A DNA stretch of 32,000 bases from an uncultured Actinomycetes bacterium (lineage in GTDB: Bacteria; Actinomycetota; Thermoleophilia; Solirubrobacterales; Solirubrobacteraceae), in NCBI GenBank assembly GCA_963851015.1, contig CAWKNG010000001.1, positions 41,751 through 73,750 on the forward strand, read 5' to 3'. Under the pieces are notes generated by a model. It searched no databases, had not been told where the DNA came from, and was given only the letters and a program-made list of their open reading frames with translations. Made by a program: the position numbers and the translations under genes. Positions 15,579 through 23,463 of the stretch are shown here, piece by piece (the stretch's first letter is position 1; each line of letters starts with the position of its first letter).

Positions 15579-17159
15579 ATGGAGTCCGCCTACGACGTGG
15601 TGGTCGTCGGCTCGGGGTTCGGCGGGGGCATCACGGCCTGCCGGCTGGCGGAGCGGGGCTGGCGCGTGTGCGTGCTCGAGCGCGGGCGGCGCTTCGGTCC
15701 CGGCGACTTCCCGGACCGCCCGTCCCAGGCGCCGCGGATGTTCTGGAGCGCGTGCCACAACCCGGGTGGCTTCTTCGACCTGCGGATCATGCGCGACGTC
15801 GCCGTCCTCACGGGGGCCGGCGTCGGCGGCGGCTCGCTCGTCTACGCGAACGTCCAGCTACGCGCCCCGGACGACGTCTTCGACGACGCCGCCTGGCCGG
15901 CCGCGATCGACGCGGCGACGCTGAGGCCCTACTACGACCGCACCGAGGCGGCGCTCGACCCGCGCGAGACGCCCGCCGATCCGCCGCTGCCGAAGGTCCG
16001 CGCGTTCGATGCGATGGCCGCCCGCGCCGGCCTCACCGCAACGCGGCTGCCGATCGCCGTGCATTTCGGCGAGCCGCGCGCGCACCCGTTCAGCGGCATC
16101 GCACAGCAGGGCTGCGACAACCTCGGGCGCTGCGACATCGGCTGCCCGCGCAACGCCCGCAACACCGTCGACATCACGTACCTGGCCCGCGCCGAGAGCC
16201 TCGGCGCCGAGGTGTTCCCGCTGCACGAGGTCGGCACGATCGAGGCGCCGGCGCACGATGGCGGCGCCTGGAAGCTCGGCTTCCGCGACCTGCAATACAA
16301 GATCGGCGGCGAGGTCAGCGCGCCCGTCCTCGTGCTCGCGGCGGGCGCGCTCGGCTCGACGCGGCTGCTGCTGAAGAACCGCAAGCGGCTGGGTCGGCTG
16401 TCACCGGCGCTGGGCTCGCGCTTCTCGGGCAACGGCGACGCGCTCAGCCTCGCGTTCGACCCCAGGGCCGAGGGCGTGACGGGCGCCCGCGCCGACTTCG
16501 GCCCGACGATGACGAGCCGCATCGACCTCGACGCCGACCAGCGGTTCATGGTCGCCGACGGCGGCCTGCCGAACAACTTCGGCGGGCTGCTGGAGATCGT
16601 CCGCGGCATCCGCATGATCACCGGCCTCGGTCGGGTCGCGCTCGTCGCCAAGAACCTCGCCGCGAAGGTCGGGATCTCCGACCGCCAGGTCACGCACCGC
16701 GAGATGCGCCTCAGCGCCAAGGCCGAGCAGCCGATCGGCGACTCGCTCGTGTTCCTGAACATCGGCCGCGACGCCGCCGACGGGCAGATGCGGCTCACGC
16801 CGCTGTTTCGCTGCTTCGACATCCGCTGGAGCAGGGACGCGAGCGCGAAGCTGTTCGAGCGCATGCGCGAGATGGCCGGCCGGCTCGCCGAGGCCGCCGG
16901 CGCGACGTCGTTCTTCGCGCTCGACGCCGGTCCGCTGGGCAAGTTCATCACCGTCCACCCGCTCGGCGGCTGCCCGATGTCCGACGACCCGCAGGCCGGC
17001 GTCGTCGACGAGTACGGCAAGGTCCACGGCTACGAGGGCCTCTACGTGCTCGACGGATCGATCGTGCCGACGGCGCTCGGCGTGAACCCGTCGAAGACGA
17101 TCGCGGCGCTCGCCGAGCGCGGCGTCGAGCACCTCGCGGCGGAGTACTCGGCGCCGTGA
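15579..17159 (+). CDS. GMC-family FAD oxidoreductase (cholesterol-oxidase-like)
   Basis: The N-terminal Rossmann motif is YDVVVVGSGFGGGITACRLAERGWRVCVLERG. The C-terminal GMC signature is HPLGGCPMSDDPQAGVVDEYGKVHGYEGLYVLDGSIVPTALGVNPSKTI. Confidence 0.87.
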   Translation: MESAYDVVVVGSGFGGGITACRLAERGWRVCVLERGRRFGPGDFPDRPSQAPRMFWSACHNPGGFFDLRIMRDVAVLTGAGVGGGSLVYANVQLRAPDDVFDDAAWPAAIDAATLRPYYDRTEAALDPRETPADPPLPKVRAFDAMAARAGLTATRLPIAVHFGEPRAHPFSGIAQQGCDNLGRCDIGCPRNARNTVDITYLARAESLGAEVFPLHEVGTIEAPAHDGGAWKLGFRDLQYKIGGEVSAPVLVLAAGALGSTRLLLKNRKRLGRLSPALGSRFSGNGDALSLAFDPRAEGVTGARADFGPTMTSRIDLDADQRFMVADGGLPNNFGGLLEIVRGIRMITGLGRVALVAKNLAAKVGISDRQVTHREMRLSAKAEQPIGDSLVFLNIGRDAADGQMRLTPLFRCFDIRWSRDASAKLFERMREMAGRLAEAAGATSFFALDAGPLGKFITVHPLGGCPMSDDPQAGVVDEYGKVHGYEGLYVLDGSIVPTALGVNPSKTIAALAERGVEHLAAEYSAP

Positions 17160-18637
17160 GCGAGGGCCCGTCCTACGAGGTCCGCAAGACCTGGAGCAAC
17201 CACCTCGGCAACCAGTCGATCGACCCGTTGCGCATCTACACGCCGCGGTCGATCGACGAGGTCGTCGCGATCGTGCGGGCCGCCGAGCACGCCGGCGTGA
17301 GCGCCCGCGCCGTCGGCTCCGGGCACTCGTGGTCGGACGTCGCGCTCACCGACGGCTTCCTGATCAAGACGAACGGCCTCGCGCGGGCGCCCGCCACGGA
17401 GCCCGACTTCCTGAAGCTCGCCTGGGAGCCACGCAAGCTCGCGCGCGTCGAGGCCGGCATCCGCATCAAGGAGCTCAACGCCTACCTCGACGACAACGGG
17501 CTCGGCCTCGCGCAGATGGGCGGCTACGACCACCAGACCGTCGCGGGGGTCATCTCGACGTCGACGCACGGCTCCGGCATCACCTACGGCCCGCTCAACG
17601 ACGACGTGCACTCGCTCGACATGGTGGTCTCGGCGGGCCGGGTCCTGCGCGTCGAACGCGCGGACGGCCCGACCGAGCGCGCCGCCTACGAGGCCCACCA
17701 CGGCCCCGCCCGCACGTTGATCCAGGACGACGACGTGTTCGACGCGGTCGCCGTCGGGATGGGCTGCATGGGGATCGTCTGCACCGCGCTGCTCGAGGTG
17801 CGGCCCAGGTATCACCTGCGCGAGGTGCGCGAGATGCATCCGTGGGCCAAGGTCCGCGCGGACCTCGAGGACGGCGCGGTGCTGCGCGACAACGAGCACT
17901 ACGAGCTCGTCTTCAGCCCGTACGCGCGCAAGCACGAGTACCCGTGCCTCGTGACGACCCGCAACACGGTCGCCGACCCGCGCAACCGGCCCTGGGACAA
18001 GCGCATGCGCAGCTGGATCGTGGAGCTCGCGGCGCGGCTGCCGTTCACCTCGCAGCTGCTCAACCTCGCCCTGCACGTCATGCCGAGCCTCGCCCCGTTG
18101 CTGCTGGAGAGCGCGATGAAGGCGCTCGTCAAGGACGAGTACGACGAGGTCAGCTACAAGGTCTTCAACATCGGCAACGCGAACCTCGTGCCGGCCTACT
18201 CGGCGGAGATCGGGATCCCGATGGACGGGCGTCATATCGAGGCGGTCGAGCGCGTCTTTCAGGTCGCCGACCGCCAGCGGCGGCTGGGGAACGTCTACCA
18301 GAGCTCCCCGATCGCGCTGCGCTTCGTCAAGGCCTCGCCGGCGCTCGCGTCGATGATGTACGGCCGCGACACGATGATGATGGAGCTCATCCAGCTACGC
18401 GGCAACGACGGTGGCTACGAGATGCTCGGCGCCTACGAGGCGGCGCTGTATGAGCTCGGCGGGCGCCCGCACTGGGGGCAGGTCAACACGCTGACGGGCA
18501 GCCACGGCCTCGTCGCGTCGATGTACCCGCGCTACGCCGACTGGCAGCGCGTGCACGCCGAGATGAACGCGACGGGCGTCTTCGACAGCCCGTTCTCCAA
18601 GCGCGTCGGGATCGTCGAGGAGCGCTTCACGCCGTAG
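17156..18637 (+). CDS. FAD-linked oxidase, PCMH-type FAD-binding domain plus ALO (arabinono/gulono-lactone oxidase-like) C-terminal domain
   Basis: The GTG at 17156 overlaps the GMC stop (GTGA). Motifs present: RAVGSGHSWSD, GGYDHQTVAGVISTSTHGSG and GGRPHWGQ. The 15668-17155 part of the track ORF is a shadow of the GMC gene. Confidence 0.85.
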   Translation: MSEGPSYEVRKTWSNHLGNQSIDPLRIYTPRSIDEVVAIVRAAEHAGVSARAVGSGHSWSDVALTDGFLIKTNGLARAPATEPDFLKLAWEPRKLARVEAGIRIKELNAYLDDNGLGLAQMGGYDHQTVAGVISTSTHGSGITYGPLNDDVHSLDMVVSAGRVLRVERADGPTERAAYEAHHGPARTLIQDDDVFDAVAVGMGCMGIVCTALLEVRPRYHLREVREMHPWAKVRADLEDGAVLRDNEHYELVFSPYARKHEYPCLVTTRNTVADPRNRPWDKRMRSWIVELAARLPFTSQLLNLALHVMPSLAPLLLESAMKALVKDEYDEVSYKVFNIGNANLVPAYSAEIGIPMDGRHIEAVERVFQVADRQRRLGNVYQSSPIALRFVKASPALASMMYGRDTMMMELIQLRGNDGGYEMLGAYEAALYELGGRPHWGQVNTLTGSHGLVASMYPRYADWQRVHAEMNATGVFDSPFSKRVGIVEERFTP

Positions 18638-18726
18638 TGCCGGCCGGCATGCCTGCCGACAGCAGGGTGCCATGTCCCCGGTTGGTCGGTGCATGATCCC
18701 GACCGTGATGGTACGTTTTCGGGCGG

Positions 18727-18766
18727 CCTAAGTAGGGCCACCTAAGTAGGGCGACCTAAGAGGGAG
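18727..18766 (+). repeat. three direct repeats with 14-bp period upstream of the efeU-efeO start (CCTAAGTAGGGC x2, CCTAAGAGGGAG)
   Basis: Exact 12-mers occur at 18727-18738 and 18741-18752. A third degenerate copy at 18755-18766 overlaps the SD GGGAGG (18762-18767). The ATG is at 18774. Each unit contains the small palindrome CCTA-AG-TAGG. Confidence 0.75.
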
Positions 18767-18773
18767 GCAAGCG

Positions 18774-20717
18774 ATGCTGCCGACGTTCGTGATCGGTCTG
18801 CGTGAGGGCGTGGAAGCGGCGCTCATCGTGGGCATCATCGCCGCGTTCCTGCGTCAGGACCCGCGTGGGCGGGGTGCCCTGAAGTTCATGTGGATCGGCG
18901 TGGGCGCCGCGATCGGCCTGTGCGTCGCGGCCGGCATCGCGCTCGAGATCCTCAACCAGGACCTGCCCCAGCGCGAGCAGGAGGGCCTGGAGACGATCAT
19001 CGCCCTGCTGGCCGTCGGCGCCGTCACGTTCATGATCGTGTGGATGCGCAAGCACGCGCGCACGATCGGCAAGGACCTGCGATCGAGCGCCGAAGGTGCG
19101 CTTGCCTCCGGCACGACGGGAGCCCTCATCGGGATGGCCTTCTTCGCCGTGATCCGCGAGGGCCTGGAGACGGTCGTCTTCCTGCTCGCGGCCTTCCAGA
19201 GCGCCACGAACCCCACGACCGCGGGCTTCGGCGCGCTGCTCGGCGTCCTCGTCGCCGTCGCGATCGGGGTCGCGATCTACCGCGGCGGCGTGAAGTTCAA
19301 CCTCACGCGCTTCTTCCGCGTGACCGGCGTCGTGCTCGTCTTCGTGGCCGCGGGACTCGTCGCCAGCGCGCTGCACACCGCCCACGAGGCCGGCTGGGTC
19401 AACGTCGGCCAGGCGCACGCCTTCGACCTCGACTGGCTCGTCGTGCCCGGCACGTGGACGGCGTCGCTGCTGACCGGCATGCTCGGCCTGCAGCCGTTCC
19501 CCGTCGTCATCGAGGTTGCGGGCTACGCGGCGTACGCCGTGCCGATGCTGCTGTTCCTGCTCGTCCCCGACAAGCTGCGCTCGCGAGCCAACCGCCGTGC
19601 GATGCAGTCCGCCACGACCGCGGTCCTGCTCCTGCTCGTCGCCGGGCTCCTGCTGGCCGCCTGCGGCAACTCGGACGACACTCCCGCCGGGACGAAGAAG
19701 GTCGCCATCACGCTGACGGACGCGGGTTGCGAGCCGGCGTCGCTCGAGGCGGACGCCGGGCCGACGACGTTCGTCGTGACGAACGGCGGCACCTCGCGCG
19801 TCACCGAGTTCGAGATCCTCGACGGCGCCAAGATCATCGGCGAGCGCGAGAACATCGCCGCCGGCCTGTCCGACGACTTCACGCTGACGCTGCAGCCGGG
19901 CAGCTACACGACGGCCTGCCCGGGCGGCAAGACCGCGGCCACCGGTCAGCTCACGGTCGGCGGCAGCGCCGTCGCGGCGAGCTCCGACGTGAACCTCAAG
20001 GCGGCGGTGACCGGCTATCAGTCCTACGTCAAGACGCAGGCGGCCGAGCTGACGAGGCGCGTCACCGCGTTCGCGGCGGCGGTCAAGGCCGGTGACGTCG
20101 CGGGGGCGAAGTCGCAATTTGCGTCCGCGCGCTACCCCTATGAGCAGATCGAGCCCGTCGCGGAGAGCTTCGGCGACCTCGATCCCGGGATCGACGCGCG
20201 CGTCAACGACGTCGCGAAGGGCGACACGTGGACCGGCTTTCATCGCATCGAGCAGGCGCTCTGGAAGCACAACTCGACGAACGGGATGAGCGCCGTCGCC
20301 GACAAGCTCGTCGCCGACGTCAAGCGCCTGGACAAGCTCGTGCAGAAGGAGACCTACCAGCCCGAGCAGCTCGCCAACGGCGCGACCGAGCTGCTCGGCG
20401 AGGTGTCGAAGTCGAAGATCACCGGCGAGGAGGACCGCTACTCGCACACCGACCTGTCGGACTTCGAGGCCAACGTGGCGGGCGCCGAGACGGCATTCGG
20501 CCTGCTCGCGCCGGCGCTGCGCACGAGGGACGCGGCGCTCGCGACGAACGTCGCCAAGCGCTTCGACGCCGTCACGGCGGAGCTGAGGCGCATCAAGAAG
20601 GGCGGTCGGTATCCGAGCTACGACACGGTCGGGACGACGCAGCGGCGCACGTTCAGCCAGCTCGTCGACGCGCTCGCCGAGCCGCTGTCCGAGGTCGCCG
20701 CGAAGTTGCACGCCTGA
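18774..20717 (+). CDS. fused EfeU (FTR1-family iron permease) and EfeO (cupredoxin-like plus M75/imelysin-like domain) protein
   Basis: The N-terminal ~280 aa carries two REXXE motifs (REGVEAAL, REGLETVV) and about 7 TM segments. A lipoprotein-signal-like segment follows (LLLLVAGLLLAACGNSDD). Next come a cupredoxin-like domain (VAITLTDAGCEPASLEADAGPTTFVVTNGG) and an EfeO-type domain (YPYEQIEPVAESFGDLDPGIDARVND, GFHRIEQALW). There is no stop codon between the parts. Confidence 0.85.
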   Translation: MLPTFVIGLREGVEAALIVGIIAAFLRQDPRGRGALKFMWIGVGAAIGLCVAAGIALEILNQDLPQREQEGLETIIALLAVGAVTFMIVWMRKHARTIGKDLRSSAEGALASGTTGALIGMAFFAVIREGLETVVFLLAAFQSATNPTTAGFGALLGVLVAVAIGVAIYRGGVKFNLTRFFRVTGVVLVFVAAGLVASALHTAHEAGWVNVGQAHAFDLDWLVVPGTWTASLLTGMLGLQPFPVVIEVAGYAAYAVPMLLFLLVPDKLRSRANRRAMQSATTAVLLLLVAGLLLAACGNSDDTPAGTKKVAITLTDAGCEPASLEADAGPTTFVVTNGGTSRVTEFEILDGAKIIGERENIAAGLSDDFTLTLQPGSYTTACPGGKTAATGQLTVGGSAVAASSDVNLKAAVTGYQSYVKTQAAELTRRVTAFAAAVKAGDVAGAKSQFASARYPYEQIEPVAESFGDLDPGIDARVNDVAKGDTWTGFHRIEQALWKHNSTNGMSAVADKLVADVKRLDKLVQKETYQPEQLANGATELLGEVSKSKITGEEDRYSHTDLSDFEANVAGAETAFGLLAPALRTRDAALATNVAKRFDAVTAELRRIKKGGRYPSYDTVGTTQRRTFSQLVDALAEPLSEVAAKLHA

Positions 20718-21970
20718 TGAGACGGCGTGAGATGACCCGCCGCCGCTTCCTCGGGACCGCCGGCCTCGCGGCGGGCGCCGTCGTCGCCGGTGGCGCGATC
20801 GCGACGGCGCTCGAAGGCGGGGAGGCCGGGGCGGACCCGGGCGGCGACATCGTCCCGTTCCACGGCCCGCGTCAGGCCGGCATCACGACCCCGACGCAGG
20901 CACGGCTGCACATCGCGGCCTTCGACGTCGTGGACGGCGCGTCGCGCGCCGACGTCCAGGACCTCCTGCGCCGCTGGACCGCCGCGGCGGCGCGCCTCAG
21001 CGAGGGGCGCACGCTCGGCGAGGGGGAGCCCGCCGCGCTCGCGCCGCCGCCGGACACCGGCGAGGCGGTCGGCCTGCCCGCCGCGAGGCTGACGGTGACG
21101 ATCGGCTTCGGGCCGACGCTCTTCGAGCGCGGCGGGCGCGATCGCTTCGGCCTGGCGGACCAGCGCCCGGCGGCGCTGAGCCAGATCGAGGCGCTGCCCG
21201 GCGACGAGCTCGATCCGGCGCGCTCGGGCGGCGACCTCTGCGTGCAGGCCTGCGCGGACGTGCCCGAGGTCGCCTTCCACGCCGTCCGCAACCTCGCGCG
21301 GATCGGGCGCGGGATCGTCGTCATGCGCTGGTCGCAGCTCGGCTTCGGGCGCACCGCGATCACGTCCAGCGCGCAGGAGACGCCGCGCAACCTCATGGGC
21401 TTCAAGGACGGCACGAACAACATCACGGCCGACGAGACCGATGCGCTCGCGCGCTTCGTGTGGGTCGGAAGCGAGGCGCCGGCATGGATGCGCGGCGGCA
21501 CGTACATGGTCACGCGCCGCATCCGGATGCTGATCGAGGTCTGGGACCGCGCGTCGCTCGGCGACCAGGAGGCGACGATCGGGCGCGTGAAGTCGACGGG
21601 CGCGCCGCTCGGCCGCGGCGCCGAGCACGACAAGGTCGACCTCAGGGCGCGCTCCGCGGCCGGCCCGGTGATCCCGATGGACGCGCACGTCCGGCTCGCC
21701 GCGCCGGTCTCCAACGACGGCGTGCGGATCCTGCGCCGCGGCTACTCGTTCACCGACGGCTTCGACCCCGAGCTCGGCCAGCTCGACGCCGGGCTGTTCT
21801 TCATCGCCTTCCAGCGCGACGCCCACAAGCAGTTCGTCGTCGTGCAGCGCAGGCTCGGCCCGGACGCGCTCAACGAGTACATCAAGCACGTCTCGAGCGG
21901 CCTGTTCGCCGTGGCACCGGGGGTCACCCGCGAGGGCGACTACGTCGGGCGCGCGCTGTTCGAAGCCTGA
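20717..21970 (+). CDS. efeB: Dyp-type peroxidase / deferrochelatase EfeB with Tat signal
   Basis: The ATG overlaps the previous stop (TGATG). The twin-arginine signal is MTRRRFLGTAGLAAGAVV. Dyp motifs GFKDGTNN and RRGYSF are present. Confidence 0.88.
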   Translation: MRRREMTRRRFLGTAGLAAGAVVAGGAIATALEGGEAGADPGGDIVPFHGPRQAGITTPTQARLHIAAFDVVDGASRADVQDLLRRWTAAAARLSEGRTLGEGEPAALAPPPDTGEAVGLPAARLTVTIGFGPTLFERGGRDRFGLADQRPAALSQIEALPGDELDPARSGGDLCVQACADVPEVAFHAVRNLARIGRGIVVMRWSQLGFGRTAITSSAQETPRNLMGFKDGTNNITADETDALARFVWVGSEAPAWMRGGTYMVTRRIRMLIEVWDRASLGDQEATIGRVKSTGAPLGRGAEHDKVDLRARSAAGPVIPMDAHVRLAAPVSNDGVRILRRGYSFTDGFDPELGQLDAGLFFIAFQRDAHKQFVVVQRRLGPDALNEYIKHVSSGLFAVAPGVTREGDYVGRALFEA

Positions 21971-22046
21971 GCGGGCGCCTGATGCCACGACGCGCCCCGT
22001 CGAGCGGCGGCGCACGCGTCGTGCTCGCCGCGAAGCCGCCGATCGT

Positions 22047-22176
22047 TCGTGCGCATGCGACATCGCCAGGTCGACGAACGGCGTCTCGCGAGCTGCCAAT
22101 CTGAGCACGGTATGGATGCGAGGGTGCCATCTCGGCGCCGGCGCCTCGTCGAGATGCCGATGTCGCATGCGCACGA
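22047..22176. repeat. perfect 19-bp inverted repeat separated by 92 nt, between convergent efeB and moaB
   Basis: TCGTGCGCATGCGACATCG (22047-22065) is the exact reverse complement of CGATGTCGCATGCGCACGA (22158-22176). The spacer contains further small GC hairpins, including the palindrome GGCGCCGGCGCC. Confidence 0.85.
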
Positions 22177-22244
22177 TGGCGGGGCGCCACCGGGCGACGA
22201 CGACACTGCTCGGGCCAAGGAGGCCGCGCGCCTGAGGGCGGACG

Positions 22245-22718
22245 CTACGTCTTGGGGGCGTCCGTGGCCGTCTGGATCGCGTGCGGCAGCATCGGCAGCA
22301 CGACGTCGAGGCACTGGCGGACGGCCTTCGGGTTGCCCGGCAGGTTGATGACGATCGACCTGCCGACCTGACCGGCGGTCGCGCGCGAGAGCCATGCGAG
22401 CGGCTGGATCTTCGCGGTCTCCGAGCGCATCGCCTCGGCGAACCCGGGCGCCTCGCGGTCGAGCACCGAGCGCGTCGCCTCGGGCGTGACGTCGCGCGGC
22501 GCGAGGCCCGTGCCGCCGGACGTGACGACGAGGTTCGCCTTCGCGGCCAGCTCCGTGATCGCCGTGGCGATGTCGTCGAACTCGTCGGGGACGAGCCGGC
22601 GCTCGACGATCTCGAAGCCCGCCTCGCCGAGGATCTCGGCCATGAGCACGGTCGTCGTGTCGGCGCGGCTGCCGGCCGAGCGGGTGTCCGAGATGGTGAG
22701 AATGGCGGCGGTCAGCAT
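22245..22718 (-). CDS. moaB: MoaB/Mog-family molybdenum cofactor biosynthesis protein
   Basis: The 157-aa protein begins MLTAAILTISDTRS and contains LVVTSGGTGLAPRDVTPEA and INLPGNPKAV. The rest of the 442-aa track ORF upstream is a shadow of the opposite-strand moaD-moaE gene. Confidence 0.82.
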   Translation of the reverse strand: MLTAAILTISDTRSAGSRADTTTVLMAEILGEAGFEIVERRLVPDEFDDIATAITELAAKANLVVTSGGTGLAPRDVTPEATRSVLDREAPGFAEAMRSETAKIQPLAWLSRATAGQVGRSIVINLPGNPKAVRQCLDVVLPMLPHAIQTATDAPKT

Positions 22719-22732
22719 CGCGCGGTGGGGGC

Positions 22733-22738
22733 TAGCAT
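22733..22738 (+). promoter_or_regulatory. candidate -10 element TAGCAT, 7 nt upstream of the moaD-moaE ATG (leaderless arrangement)
   Basis: The arrangement is TAGCAT-cacgcgg-ATG(22746) with no SD. The same geometry recurs at other genes in this window. Confidence 0.35.
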
Positions 22739-22745
22739 CACGCGG

Positions 22746-23411
22746 ATGGACGTTACCGTTCGACTCTTCGCCAGCCTGCGCGAGCACGCCGGTACCGGCA
22801 CCGTCGGGCTCGACCTCGCCGACGGGTCCACCGTCGCCGACGCCATCGTCGCGCTGCGCGAAGGGGTGCTGGCCGGACTGCCCGCGAACGCGCCGTTCGT
22901 CACCGCCGTCGCGCGCGAGTACGTCAAGCCCGAGCACGAGCTCGTGGCCGGCGACGAGCTCGCGCTCGTGCCGCCCGTCAGCGGCGGCGACGACGGGCCC
23001 GTACGCCTGGCCGACGTCGTCGACGAGACGATCGACGTCGAGGCCGTGCGGCGCAGCGTCGCCGACCCGGCGACCGGCGCGACCGTCGTCTTCATGGGGA
23101 CGACGCGCGACGTGCCGAGCCTCGAATACGAGGCCTACATCGACATGGCGCGCGAGCAGATCGCGCAGATCGCGGCGCGCGTCGTCGCGCAGCACGGCTG
23201 CGTGGCCGTGGCCTGCGTGCACCGCGTCGGCGTCGTGCCGCTCGGCGACCCGAGCGTCGTCGTCGCCGCCTCGGCCGCGCACCGGGGCGAGGCGTTCGAC
23301 GGCGCGCGGGCGCTGCTGGACGCCGTCAAGGCGCAGGCGCCGATCTGGAAGAAGGAGCACTACTCCGACGGCGACGCGGCCTGGGTCGAGGGGACGCTGC
23401 CGCAGGCGTAG
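22746..23411 (+). CDS. MoaD-MoaE fusion (molybdopterin synthase small and large subunits in one polypeptide)
   Basis: The N-terminal ~83 aa form a ThiS/MoaD-like domain ending ...ELALVPPVSGG. MoaE-type sequence follows directly (VVFMGTTRD, EYEAY, APIWKKE). Confidence 0.82.
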   Translation: MDVTVRLFASLREHAGTGTVGLDLADGSTVADAIVALREGVLAGLPANAPFVTAVAREYVKPEHELVAGDELALVPPVSGGDDGPVRLADVVDETIDVEAVRRSVADPATGATVVFMGTTRDVPSLEYEAYIDMAREQIAQIAARVVAQHGCVAVACVHRVGVVPLGDPSVVVAASAAHRGEAFDGARALLDAVKAQAPIWKKEHYSDGDAAWVEGTLPQA

Positions 23412-23463
23412 CACCGACCGGGCCGGTGCGGCGCGGGTCGAGTGCTGAGATGGAAGGACACGA

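Noticed and set aside
15668-17155. The N-terminal 496 aa of the 989-aa track ORF.
   Set aside because: It is arginine-rich shadow in an alternative frame of the GMC oxidoreductase gene. The FAD-oxidase sequence begins at GTG 17156.
18727-18766. The tandem repeats as a possible CRISPR array or minisatellite.
   Set aside because: There are only three 12-nt units separated by 2-nt spacers, and no cas genes are present. The position over the RBS fits a regulatory site instead.
22049-22348. The 99-aa ORF starting MRMRHRQ..., and its mirror ORF on the minus strand.
   Set aside because: Both arise from the 19-bp inverted repeat, which contains ATG on each strand. They show no codon bias and no motifs.
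23411-23429. The hairpin GCACCG-accgggc-CGGTGC as a terminator between convergent moaD-moaE and the DUF2064 gene.
   Set aside because: The stem is only 6 bp, there is no U-tract, and it overlaps the stop codon. Evidence is too weak to call a terminator.
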